Source: the human T2T-CHM13v2.0 reference genome, Homo sapiens
NCBI RefSeq assembly: GCF_009914755.1
Contig: NC_060929.1
Direction: 5' to 3' (one strand)
DNA length: 64,000 nt
Part shown: positions 12,501-26,560 of the stretch, piece after piece
How the letters are laid out: the number at the start of each line of letters is the position of its first letter
Position numbering within the stretch: position 1 is the stretch's first letter
Position numbers and translations under genes: made by a program
Notes under the pieces: model-generated
Seen by the model: the letters and a program-made list of their open reading frames with translations, nothing else
The model's database searches: none
What the model was told of the DNA's origin: nothing

Positions 12501-15500
12501 GTGGAGAAAAGACCTCTGGATTTTTCCTTCCGCTCTCTGCAAACAGACCAGGCAGCAGTTTCATCATGAATTCAGGAAACAGATGGCTAATGTTTTGAGA
12601 ATTAAATATGGCAAGGAAAATTAGATTAAGCATATCACAGCCTGGATGCCTATTGCTAGAGCAGCTATTAAAGACAAACTTCTGCCCCATCTGCTGGGAC
12701 AGCAGCCCATATCAGGCTGTGGTACCCCCACCCGGGGCCCCTAGGATTAGTGTCATTCTGTGGTCAGCTGAGTAAGAGCACTGGGTACTTGGCTGCTAGC
12801 TGAGTATGTGTGTTTTCTAGGACCTTGCTCCTTCCATTTGGTGGTGAACCCATTGATAGCATCTTTGTTTTATTTTCTCTCTCCTCCTCCACTCACTCCC
12901 TAGCCCTGATTGATTTCTGTTTCCATAGCAAGTCCGGGTTTAATTCTCACCTTTTCAAAATTTGTACTTACAACAGAGGAGAGCATAGAATATTAGAACC
13001 CACTAGGATGGAAAGGGCATGATTTGAAATCAGACCTGAGTTTAAATTCCCCCTCTGCCACTTACTGATTGTGTGACCTTGTCTCTTTTATCATAGTTGC
13101 ATGTTTTCTTGAAGCCCCAGCCCCCATCTCCCAGAGACTACAGCTATACTGATAGAGGACATTCCCTTCTGCTCTGGGTTTTTGTCTTCAGCCTCATCCC
13201 CTCCATATGCCAACAGTGCTGTGCACATAGTCGTTAATTGGTTAATAAGGGTTAGCCATTCACACTAATAAAGAATTAGCACATTCACCATTTGAATGAA
13301 GAGGGCTAATAAATACATTTGGCAAATATTTATAGAGTCCTGTTATGTGCCAGGCATTGTTAGGTAATGGATGTGCAAATCTGGGCATGGGGCCTGTGGT
13401 GGTATCCTGGGTGGGAATGCTTCTTTGAGCAGGTGCCATTTAAGCTGAAATCTGGAGGAGTTGGGAAGGCAAAGATGGAAGTTGCAACACAAAGTCCTCC
13501 AGACTTTGGAGTCTCACATGCAGTCTTCATTGGTTAGGTCTACTGACCTCTGCATTCATCACTATGCCAGATTTTCCTCTAGCACTTTAATTACCTGGCT
13601 GCTACTGCTCTTTTAATTGGTCCTGATTTCTTATGTCTTCCTAATAGAAAGCACCAAGTTTGTTAATTTATTTCTCCTGCCCTGTACTTCATAGCAAGCT
13701 TTTCTAATTTCCTTTCCCCAGCCATAATTTCTGTTGGTGCCCTATCTATAGCCCCTTGAAGCCCCCCATTCCCTTACATGCCAAAGCTTTTGCCTACGTG
13801 TAGATGAGATTCCATGCCTGAGGGCTTTCTCTGGGCAGGAATACTGGGGAGTCCCCAAATAGTGACCAACAGCAATTGATGGATTAATACCCCAGCACTC
13901 GTGCCCTTGGTTGAGACAGCTCTGGGGTAGTTTCTAGATGGTTTACTGGAGTCCCCAGAAGATTTGAACCCCAATTGCCCATAGGGATAACCTGCCTATT
14001 AGCCTACTCCAGGTTGGCTTTCTTCCCTTCCACCTCTGTCTTCTCCACTCTTTCTAGTGCTTCCTGGCATCACTTCCCAAATAAACTACTTGAAGTCAGA
14101 GCTTCAGAATCTGCTTCTGGGGGACCCAAACTTAAATAAAGGGCAGATACGGGGTTTTGGTAAGTCATACCATGCAGACCTTGTCCAGTGTCTGCCCATG
14201 GGTGAAAATTCAGAGCAGCACTGAAAAGGTCATTGCATGAAGAAAATACCCAGACTTAACTGGGAAAGGAGAGGAATATAGAAAAGAAAGTTTTACTCCC
14301 TGCTGCATTATTTAATCTTTTCTTGTACCTCATTTACTCTTCACTGAACAATTTTGCAAGATAAATCTGTCAATTTCCTTTCCTGCAGGTAAAGAAACTG
14401 AGGCCAGAAAGATTAAGTAACTTGCCCAAGTTCACAGACTTGGGGCAACACAGCCAGGATTCTGATAGAAACTGTGCTGCTTTCTCAGTCCAGTAGTCCT
14501 CAAATGTGTTGAGGAGGCCCAGCGTATGGTGTCAGTATGATTTTTACAGATTATAGTAAAATCTCAACATATTAGATTCAAAATAGCTAAGTATGTTATT
14601 GAAGTATAGTTAAGCTTACTCTTCCATAGAGGCCACTTCCTCCAGGAAGGCTTCCTTAACCTCTGCACCATTCCCATGTGCTGCACAGCACCCTGAATCC
14701 TGCTGTAGCCCATCAGGATAGTTTATTGAAATTTCCTGTTTAATTGTTTGTCTGTATCTCTCAAACTCAGAGTAGAATAAGGGTCAGGATTGTACCTTAC
14801 TTATTGTTGTGGCCCAAAACCTAGAACAGACCTCAGTGTATATAGTACATAGTTAATAAATACGTGAGTGGATGACTATACTTATAGCTAAATATAGTTA
14901 TGCCCAATCAATTACTAGATTCTGATCTAGATATGTAAGAGGCAGCAGAGGTCTGAGAGAGTTGGATTAATGGGAGAAAAACTTGAGAAAAGCCTGTCAT
15001 TCAACTTTGTTTTCAATTTGGGGAGCAGGGCAAGAGCCTGGTTTGAGAACCTTTGTCCCCTGCCCATGTTGACTTTGGAGGAACTTTGTGGCAGTGATGG
15101 AACAGCTGCCACGTCGAGGAGCCTCCTCACAACCTCCAGCTGCCTCCCCAGATCAGCAGGGGTGATCTGCCTTCAGCTTTCTACCCCTAGCTTTCAGGGC
15201 CTCAGTCAGTCCTTTAATTTTGTCCCCTGAAGGGCGTGAGGCTAGGGGAACAGGCATTCATTGAACAACTGTGTATCTCCTACTCATTCTTCAAGAGAGG
15301 CCACTTCCTCCAGAAAGGCTTCCCTAACCCCTGCGCCATTCCCATAAGCTGCACAGCACCCCGAATCCTACTGTAGCCCATCAGGATAGGTTATTGAAGT
15401 TTCCTGTTTGTCTATATCTCTCAAACTCTGAGCAGAATAAGGGTCAGGATTGTGCCTTATTTATCATTGTGTCCTTAAAACCTAGAATAGACCTCAGTGT

Positions 15501-17024
15501 ATAGTACATATTTTATAAATATGGGAGTGGATGAATGTATCAATTTTATGCTAGTTCCTGAAAATACAAAAATTGTTAAAAAAAAAAAAAAAAAGCGTTT
15601 TTGTTTCTCAAGAGCTCCTGGGGGTCTAGAGAGATGAGTAAGTAAATAATGAAATTATGGTACATAAGTGGCCTGTCCTTGTTGATGTCACGGGAGGCCT
15701 TCTGTGGGAACTGGGGCTTCCATTTGATTTTAAATGAATAGTAGTTGGAGGCAAGCACAGGATGTGCAAAAGCATTGAGATACGGCACAGAATGACTCAT
15801 TCTAAGAATTACAGGTAGCTCCAAATGGCTGGAACACATTTCTAGATAACAAACCTAGGAAAACTAGTTGAGACCTGGCTGAAAGCGTTTAACTTTGTAC
15901 TAAGCATTGTGGACTTTAGCCTAAATACCTGGGGTGTACCACTGAAGGATTCTAACTGGGGGAAAGACATGCTGGTTTAGAAAGACTGCCCAGGGCAGCA
16001 GGTGTTTGTCACACTCCTCGGTGTTTTTCTCCCTTGTGTCCTCAAACCCACTTATACAGGGCCTGGTACAAAGGACATGCTCAGTAAAGACTGGCACCTT
16101 TAAATGGGAGTAGGAGGAGAGAATATCACCAGAATTGGTGTAGAAGATCCATCAGAGGTGGAAAGCCTAGGAAGGCAATCATTGAACTCATCTGACTGTT
16201 TTTTAGGATTCCTTCATTGTGCATTTATTTCCTTCTTGGCAATTGTTACATTATCCTGAGCTTGTGGGATTATTCTATGTATTCATATGTAAGAGTTTCA
16301 TACTTGTTGAATAGTTATTTAGAGATTGCTTCTATGAAAGAAAACTGCGCTTCCTGCATCCACCTTTCTGTTCTAAACACAGCAGCCAGAGTGATCCTTT
16401 TTGAACTTACGTGAGGGCCTGTCATTCCTGTGCTCAGAATCTTCTAGTGGTGCCTCATAGAATTCAGCGTCAAAGCCAAAGGCTTTATCATGACCTAGGA
16501 AGCCTGCATGACCTGGCTGCTCTCTGATTTTTCTACCCACCTACCTCTGCTGCTCTACACTGGCCTCCTTGCTATGCCTCAAACACACATGCTGTTCCTT
16601 GCATCTAGAACACGTACACCAGATACTCACAGGGCTCACTCCCTCACTTTGTTCAAGCCTTTGCTTAGTGATCGTCATCTCAGTATGGCCTTCCCTGACC
16701 ACCATGTTCAAACTTAATAACATCTGCTCTGAACTCTCTGTTCTCTCCCTTGCCCTGTTTAATTTTTCTGCACAGCACAGATCAATTTTACTATATCATA
16801 TAATGTACTTATTTTTTGATGTGTGATTATCTGTTCCGCATTACTGGAATGAAGTCCCACGAAGGTAGTGTTTTGGGTCTGATTTACTACTCCTTCCCAA
16901 CACCTAAAATGATACCTGGCACCATAGTAGGAGCTCAGTAAATATTTGTTGAATTAAGAAATGACAATACCCTTTTGTATTGCTCTTTTAGGTAAACTGT
17001 GCCTTTTGTAAACCTGAAAGAAAG

Positions 17025-17412
17025 CATATTAGTCTGTTCTCATGTTGTTAATAAAGACATACCCAAGACTGGGTAATTCATAAAGGAAAGAGGTTTAATT
17101 GACTCACAGTTCAGCCTGGCTGGGGAGGCCTCAGGAAACGTACAAGCATGGTGGAAGGGGAAGCAAACGTCCTTCTCCACATGGCGGCATCAAGTGCAGA
17201 GCAAAGGGGTCGGGGAAGCCACTTGTAAAACCATAAGATCTTGTGGGAACTCACTTATCACCAGAACAGCATCAAATTACAGGGGCGGTTATCACCAGGT
17301 AACCGTCCCCATGATTTGATTACCTCCCACTGGGTCCCTCCCGCAACACATGGGGATTATGGGAACTACAATTCAAGATGAGATTTGGGTGGGGACACAG
17401 CCAACCATAGCA
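17025..17412. mobile_element. THE1/MST-family solo LTR
   Basis: 'tattagtctgttctcatg...aaagacatacccaagactgggtaatt' to 'gggtggggacacagccaaccatagca'; 5-bp TSD GAAAG at 17020-17024 and 17413-17417. Confidence 0.9.
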
Positions 17413-17888
17413 GAAAGGGAAGAAGATTTATTTGCCTTTTAAATAAGGTCACTACTGAGTCCACATCAGAGAGAAACAAGGCCTTCCTTTGCACCCAGAA
17501 GCACCACAATATCTTATTGATGTCAATGAATTGACAATGTCATTGAATGACATTTGAGAGGGTGGGACTTGCTCTGTACCACTCTTCATGCCACAGCCTC
17601 CGATTGGCTGGCTAGAGCTGAAGGGAAGAATAGGAAAAGTGTTCTGGGTTTCTCCTTTTGATTTGCTGAGAGAGTGTGGTGGTCACTTCAGGGTACATAG
17701 ATGATGGAATGGGGAATTTAACACGAATTAAATTACTCATCACCACAATTATTTTTCTGTTCAACAGAAATGATTTTTCAAACAAAAATAATTGTGAGGA
17801 TGAGTAATTTAATTTGTGCTAAATTCCTCATTTAAGCTAAATGTTGTATATTCTTTATGTGTTTGAAAAGACTCAGTAGACTTGATAG

Positions 17889-18044
<156 letters not shown>

Positions 18045-20770
18045 TAAGTATTTTTCACCCCTTTGGCAAACGTAGGGGAGGAAGAGGAGAGGAAGGTTAT
18101 TTATTCGTTTTGGTCTGATGAAACTAAAAACCAAGAAAAATAGAGCAGCGCAAAGCAAACTAGGTATCTTCATATTTTTATTAATCAGTGTCCTCATTTC
18201 ACAGTGGAAGAGGAATTTCCTGGGAGGGATAAACTTACCAATGTCTGGAAACCTCTTTGCCCTGTATTCAGTGCAGCATGTGTTTATGGGATGCTGACTG
18301 TAGGCCAGGCGGTGTGCTTTAAGTGCGGAGAGAGTTACAGAGGTGCATGCAGACAGCGGTTCCTCACGCCGCTGGGCTGAGCAGTGAGCACAATAGGGAG
18401 AGGGAACACAGGCTTGGTGTTAGACCCGAGTGCACACCCAGCCTCTGCTGCTTACGCTCTGCATGACCTGAGTGAGTTAGTTGACACTGCTGAGCCTCAG
18501 TCTCCCCATATGTAAATGGGGATAATGGTTATGAGGAGGAAACCACTGGTTATGAGGATGAAATGTGAAGATGCTGGTGTAATGCCTGACTCACAGACAT
18601 GTTCCGCACAGAGTAGCCATTGGTGGGGTTGTGCTCTTTTTTTGGCAACACTTTTCAAGTGTGGAAGGTGAGTTGCATGTGGAAAGACTTGGTGAGCTGG
18701 AAAGGCAATAACAGGCCTGGAGCAAGAAAAAGGCTATGTTTATCAACTGGAACTTTTTACTATCTTCATGCCTTCTCATCCCTATCCTACCTCCTGGTCA
18801 TTCTTTGCTTTGTGTTTAAAGGCCATCCGTCTGGCTTCTCCCTCCACATACTTAGAACTCCCTGTGTGAGATAGCAGGAGCCTCTTGCCTTCAAGGGCGT
18901 GCTGCTATTTACAGGTGTGGGTTGTTTGCTTAGAAGAGCCGCAGAGAGGGTTGCACACCTGGAATGCTGGTGCAAGTGGCAGGCAAGTTTCACTTACCCT
19001 CACCGCACTCAACCCCACTTTGGTTTTCTTTTTCTGCCAGCTATGCATTTATCCTCTTCTTGCAGAGTCTGTTAATCCCATTTTAAAATTTTATTGTATA
19101 TATTTAAGGTATACAGCATGATATTTTGTTATAAGTATGTGAAATGGCTGCTATCATTAACATATTCATTATCTCACATAGTTACCTATTTTTTGTGGCA
19201 AAAGCACCTCAAATTTACTCTTTTAGCAAACATTCTGACTACAATACAGTATTATCGACTCTAGTTCTCCTGTTGTATACTATATCTTGGGATGTGTTCA
19301 TCCTGCATATCTGTGGCTTTGTATTCTTTGACCTACATCTCCCTTAGAGTCTGTTAAACTTCATCTCAGTTGTCATAAAAGTAATTACTGACATTTATTA
19401 AGCACTTGCTTTGTGACAGGTGCAGTGTTTGCAATTTAATCCTCCATATGATTTTAAGTGATGGTGTTTGTGTCATCTCAGCTTCAGAGGTGAGGAAACT
19501 GCAGGGTCAGGAATAGTAGGTTGAGAGATAAGTGGAAAGGCAGGAATCTAAAGTTTGGCTAACTCCACGGTCTTAACCATCATACCATATCTAGTTATGC
19601 TTGGCTTAGGGTTCAGGTAGCTCCCAAATTCATTTTTCTGTGAGGTGTTCATCTTCCTAAAAAATGTATATTATTTGGAAAGAAAATGAATTGTTCCAAA
19701 ACTTCTCCCAGGTTGTTGTTATTGAATGCTGGTTAAGCTATAGTTTGCCTTCTTGCAAGAGGAAACATCAAGCATGAGATTCAAGACAACCAGAGCAGTG
19801 CTGATCTGGTGTCAATACCAATACCTTGGAGGCCAAAATGGATTTCTGTCTGGGCAAGAAAGATACAAAAGTGTGCCACTCTCTTAAGGATATCTTATCT
19901 ACAGTCCACCTTTTTAATGATAGATTTGTCACACAAATCACACTGACAATTTTTTTATGATGAAGTTATTTCATAACTCTGGCCAGTGGTCCACTTATTT
20001 CAAGCTCTATTAAAAAAGAAAATTCTAGTACACCTAAGCATTTAAAATGTTCCTTCATGTGCTTATATTTCACATTTTCTTTTTTTAAATTGAATTAAAC
20101 TATGGATATTAAAACCCTCTTACTGTGCTATTCAGTACGTTTTTAGAACATCCCTTTTGTTTTAGAAACACCATCTATAATCCGTTGTATTTTTCCCTTA
20201 TTTCACATTAGTTCATACACACACATATGTACACATACATATACACGTGTATGTTTTAAGCTTCAAATATATTATAAGGCACAGCTGAACCATGACTGTT
20301 GCTATTGAATATCTATGACAGCCTTATTTCATAATAAAATAATGCTAACTTTCGTTCCTTTAGTAATTTTCCATGTTGCTACAGTAATCATAATTGCTTG
20401 ACAAAAGTGTCAAATAGATTTAAAACTTCTTAGAGGATCCTATTTGCCTAGTAATATAATAATTAATTGATTTGAGCAATCATTTTTTAAATTTGTCAAC
20501 TTGAATGCTGGAATATGATTCTCTGGTTCTAGATCACGGCAGTGCTAATGTTCACATTGAACCATCTAAATTGGAAGTATATAGAAAGAGAAAGATGGAA
20601 GCTTATCCCTGGTGAAATCAAGAAAAATTCTCTAGTGCCTTAAAAATATCATAGCTAATTGTATAGCCAACTTAAAAACAAAAGTTCTTTTAGAATATGC
20701 TTCAAGGAGATTTAGCAGCAGTGTCCTACCTGTTAGTAATGTTGTTGAGGGCTTCCAGCATTTAGTGTGA

Positions 20771-20950
<180 letters not shown>

Positions 20951-21901
20951 TAAAGATGAAAAATCCCTGGAAAAGACTATTTCTAAATTTCGAGGTAGAA
21001 ACAGATCAAAGCTTTTTTTTTTTTTTTTCTTTCTTCAGCCTTAAAGCCTATGGTAGGTTATCTGTGCAGTGTGGGATGTTAATTCCATACTTTGCTATGG
21101 GGCCTTTGTGCTAAAACCTAGCATAGATTTCAATGACACTGTTCCCATTTCACTCAAGTTTACTGTTAGTCTCTTCCCAGGGTGAAAGAGGCACATTTGT
21201 CTTCTCAAGTCCTCAGCTGATAGGGGGACTGTGAGTCCCACAAGGCAGGCACAAGTAAAGCACTCACTGGCAGATGCAAGGGTGCCCAGTTACTTCCCCA
21301 ATGCCCATTTCTGATAAATAAAAAAAAGTGAGGAGTCTTTTCATGTTTGTAGCTTGGGGTTTATGATTTTTGTCTTGGAGAAATTTGGAACCTGAAAAAA
21401 ATGCCCTCTTTTTGTTTGTTTTGTAGAATATTTTGAAAAAGAATTTTCTGTTCTGATAATTTTGCAATACTGAGGTTACTGCTATCACATAGTAGAATAA
21501 CTAGGTACTGAACAGAAAAACAAGCTGAAGACAACAAAGCTAAAGATAAAACATGTCTCCTGACTCCAGTACTTTTTCCCTTCTTTCCGTAGTCAGGACC
21601 GCCTCTCCCACTGCTTTTTATCCTGTTCCTCCTGTGGCTGTTCCTTCTCAGTCTCCTTCACATATGTGATTTCCTCTGTTCACTCCAGGGTCGGTTCCTG
21701 GCTGCCACCTTTTTCAAATCCAAATGCTGTCCCTGGACAAGCTGTGTCCTCTACACCCACATTTATGCCCAGGACTCTCAGTTCCTCATCTATAGCTTGG
21801 CCCTCCCTTTCAAATTCCCAAATTTCTAATTACCTAAAAACGTCTGTACCTGAATTTCTTACAAGGACTTCAATATTAGCATAACTCAAATTTGGCCTCC
21901 C

Positions 21902-22207
21902 TTTTTTTTTTATTGTTTTTGTTTTTTGAGACGGAGTCTTGCTGTGTCACCCAGGCTGGAGTGCAGTGGCGTGATCTCGGCTCATTGCAACCTCTGCCTG
22001 CCAGGTTCAAGCAATTCTGCTTCAGCCTCTCGAGCACCTGGGGACTACAGGTGTGCGCCACCACACCCAACTAATTTTTTGTATTTTTAGTAGAGACTGG
22101 GTTTCACCATGCTGGCCAGGCTGGTCTTGATATCCTGACATCGTGATCCACTGGACTCAGCCTTTCAAAGTGTTGTGATTACAGGCGTGAGCCACTGCGC
22201 CCAGCCT
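21902..22207 (-). mobile_element. AluS element (intron 4)
   Basis: Poly-T tail then antisense Alu; degenerate TSD tgg(c/t)ctcccttt on both sides. Confidence 0.95.
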
Positions 22208-22506
22208 GGTCTCCCTTTAAAACTTTCTCTTCCGCTACCTTCCCTGTTCTATTGCTGCTCACCCACTCACCCCTGCCAGAAACCAGGAGCCGTTATGGTC
22301 TTAATCTCCTTGTCACCCACATCCAGCTCATTGTTGTGATGCCCACTCGTTATTTTCTAAGTGGGACTATATTGGCAGCAACATCTGTACTTGGCAAAAA
22401 TCCTCTTGCATTTTAAAATGAATGAAGATGGGAATACACTAGTAGCAATATGTTTTATGACCCTATAGTTAATGCTTGAAGTATGTATTTAGAGTCTTGT
22501 TTGTGA

Positions 22507-22737
<231 letters not shown>

Positions 22738-23451
22738 TGAGTGGCAGGCAGAGTGTCACAAAGGCAGTCGATTTTATGTGTATGAATTTTTTTCCCTGTA
22801 TATAACTGGGGTGCCCTTCTAGCCATATCCAGGTGGATACAGAAAATATCTAGTGCAGTGCTCTAGCTTCTGCAAAACTTTTCAGGACTCATTGAAGCAA
22901 CAAAAGCTTGAATGCTAACTATATGCCAGGCCCTGTGCTAGGTTCTAGAGATACAAGAACAAGGATGAACAATGCATGTGTATTATTTGGGAAGAAAATG
23001 AATGCTCTAAAACTTTTCCCACCTTGTTAGTGAATGCTGGTTAAGCTATAGTTTACCTTCTTGCAAGAGGAAACATTGAGCAAGACATGTCTATTTTCTC
23101 TTGCAAGAAGGTAAACTATTTATGAGCAAGACAGATAATTACCATGCAGTGTGTTTATTAAATGTTTCAGTGAATATGTGGCAACACACGAGGAGCCGCC
23201 TTGTTAGAGGAAGTGACTCTTGAGTATTGAAGATATCTAGGTAGGAGATCTCTAGGTAATAAGACAAAGCAACCAGTCTAGGTAAAACTTCCTGTGTGGT
23301 TCTAAACTCTTACGTAGTTGGAAGTTGCTGGAGCACAGGACTAAGGGAGGAGAGTGACAAGGTGAGGAGAGTCAGGGACCAGATTGTAATGGGCCCCTAC
23401 GCCTTGCTGTAAGAAGAATGGACTGGACTCTTCCATTAAGAGGGAAGCATG

Positions 23452-23819
<368 letters not shown>

Positions 23820-24589
23820 TTAACTTGCCAGGTACCATGGAGGGTCCATCGAGGATAGAAGAAGCTAGAGTAGTTAAGGATACTGCTGTGTTCATTCAAG
23901 TGAGAAAAGATGAAGTCTGATATAAAACAGATAGCAGTAATAGCAGCTAATGTTTTGGGGCATGTATTATGTGCCAGATAGTGAATTTTGTAAATGCATT
24001 TTCATTTAATTCTGACAGCAACCCTATGAAGTGTGATCTTGTTTCCTTTTTATAGTTGTGGAAACTGAGACACAGGGAGACTGAGTAAGTCTTTTCCAGG
24101 GTCACATTGTTAGTAGGTGGCTGAACCAACATGTGAACCTAGTGATACAATATTCCAGAATTCTTACTCTTAATCACTAAGTTTTACTAACACAGGGCAT
24201 TTGGGGATGTATTAGAGAAGATGGCAAATTTGAGAGATGTATAATCAAAAGAACCTGGTGATTTTACAAGTAGATGTTTGCAAGCTAATTCTAATTATGG
24301 GTGAAATGGATATATGTTTATTCCATTGTCTTTTTAATTCAAAAAGTACATTGATTGATATTCTTGTGTATTTGCTTCATAGTAAGTCTTTTATTACATT
24401 ATATCATTTAATCTTCTTAATAACCCTGCCAAGAAGTTTGATAATACCATTTCACAAATGAGTAAACTGAGGCAAATTATCCTGTTTGATGTCTGAGAGA
24501 TAGTGATATACATTTTAAACTCACTGACTCAAAGACCTGTGAGCTTAACTACACTCGCCTGCTTTCATCTAAATGTTGTTGATGAATAG

Positions 24590-24751
<162 letters not shown>

Positions 24752-25854
24752 TGATTATAGACTCTTATGTCAAACGTAAAATTATCCCTCACATCTGTAT
24801 AAAATGGGATGAACTTTTTGAGCTTTTTGTACTTTCCAGGCTCTTGATTTGGTGAATGCAAAATCTTTTGCCCTCCTAACTTTCTGTCCAAACTCAGGAG
24901 CCAAGTCAATTGAGTTTGCAAGTGATACTTGTATAGTGATCTCTTTTTTGTTTATTTGGAACTGTTAAAATAAGGGAAGTGTAGTAGTGTCTATCAACAG
25001 TATGGTTGTAAGAAATTTGCTCACACTTAACTGTACATTCAGGTTTTTTCCCCTATGGTATCTGTAGACCTAACTTACAATTTTTTATCAAATTTGGTGT
25101 TTTATAAATATAGACCATAAATTTGGGCAATTCTATTAACAATATCTTTCATAATAATGTCAGCACATAAAGGGTACAGAGTTACAGATATTGCTAAGTG
25201 AGGGGAGTACATGCTTTTTGGAATACACAGTACTACGCATATGTGTGTTTTTTAAAAATATCCCTTGGTCTCCATGGTACAGCATTTGAATCTGTGTCTT
25301 GTTAATGGTCCATTTAAAATAGATTGCCTCTGGATATGCGTGTTATCAGTGAGATCAAATGTATAGCCCTATATTTAGTCAGCAGTGCCAGAAGTGGGGA
25401 GTGGGGATTAATGGTTGTATTTTGTCTCTGAAACCCTCGTTTTTGCTCAGTTAGCAGAAGCACAGTAAGACGAAGTGGCTTTTTGCAATATCAGCATCTC
25501 TTTATTAGGAATCCTCAGTGCAATCCATCAATTGCGTAAAACATCCTGAGTGATTGTTCAGTCTGTGTTGGGTGGTTGGTAGTTTGAGAAAGCAAACATA
25601 AAAGACTGGCATTTCTACCTGCAGTACTGGAATAAGGTTTGAGCCATCAGGTGCTTCTCTCCATTTCGAGGAGGAGGCACATTCACTAAGGCCCTTCTGA
25701 TCCCCTGGCAACTTTCAGGGGCAAACAGGGTATACTTAGGTGACTAAAGGTAGCTACTGTTAGAGAAGCAGGTGTTCTGTGCATGAAATGATAAGGAATC
25801 CATGGTTTTATATTTTCTTTGTTTGCAGTTTGAGGCAAACTCATTCCCGTGTGA

Positions 25855-26025
<171 letters not shown>

Positions 26026-26356
26026 TAGAGCTTCCAAGCCTGGACCACTGAGGCCTTCACAACATAATAGATGAGATTCATTGAGCTTCTCCTAATCATT
26101 CCTCCACATAAGTTTTCTCATTTAATCCAGTGCATGTGTTAGTCCCCTTTTTCAGATGAGGTAGCTGCTAATCAGAATGGTTAGGTAAAGGTAAACAGCT
26201 AGTGAGCTAGAGCCAAGGTTTGAATTCAGGATCTAACAGTAGAAACCTTTACACTTGAAAACAATGTATTTTTAAGCAGAAAAACTTTTAATTAACTAAA
26301 TGATTAGGTAAACCCCAACATAAAAATACATAAATGTAGCATTTGATTAGTATTAA

Positions 26357-26560
26357 GTAGTGGTTGTTCATTAGGGGCTATTTTGTCTGTACGGGGACAT
26401 TTGTCAATGTCTGGAGACATTTTTTATTGTCACAGCTGTAGGAGTGCTGATGGTCTCTCATGGGCGGAAGCCAGGATGCTGGTGGACGGTGTATAGGATG
26501 GAGAATAGCATGCACAATAATCTGGTCCAAACATCAGTTCCAAGGTTGAAAAACTATTAT
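26357..26560. mobile_element. MER20-like DNA transposon relic
   Basis: 'ggggacatttgtcaatgtctggagacatttttattgtcaca', 'gaagccaggatgctg', 'ccaaggttgaaaaact'. Confidence 0.7.
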
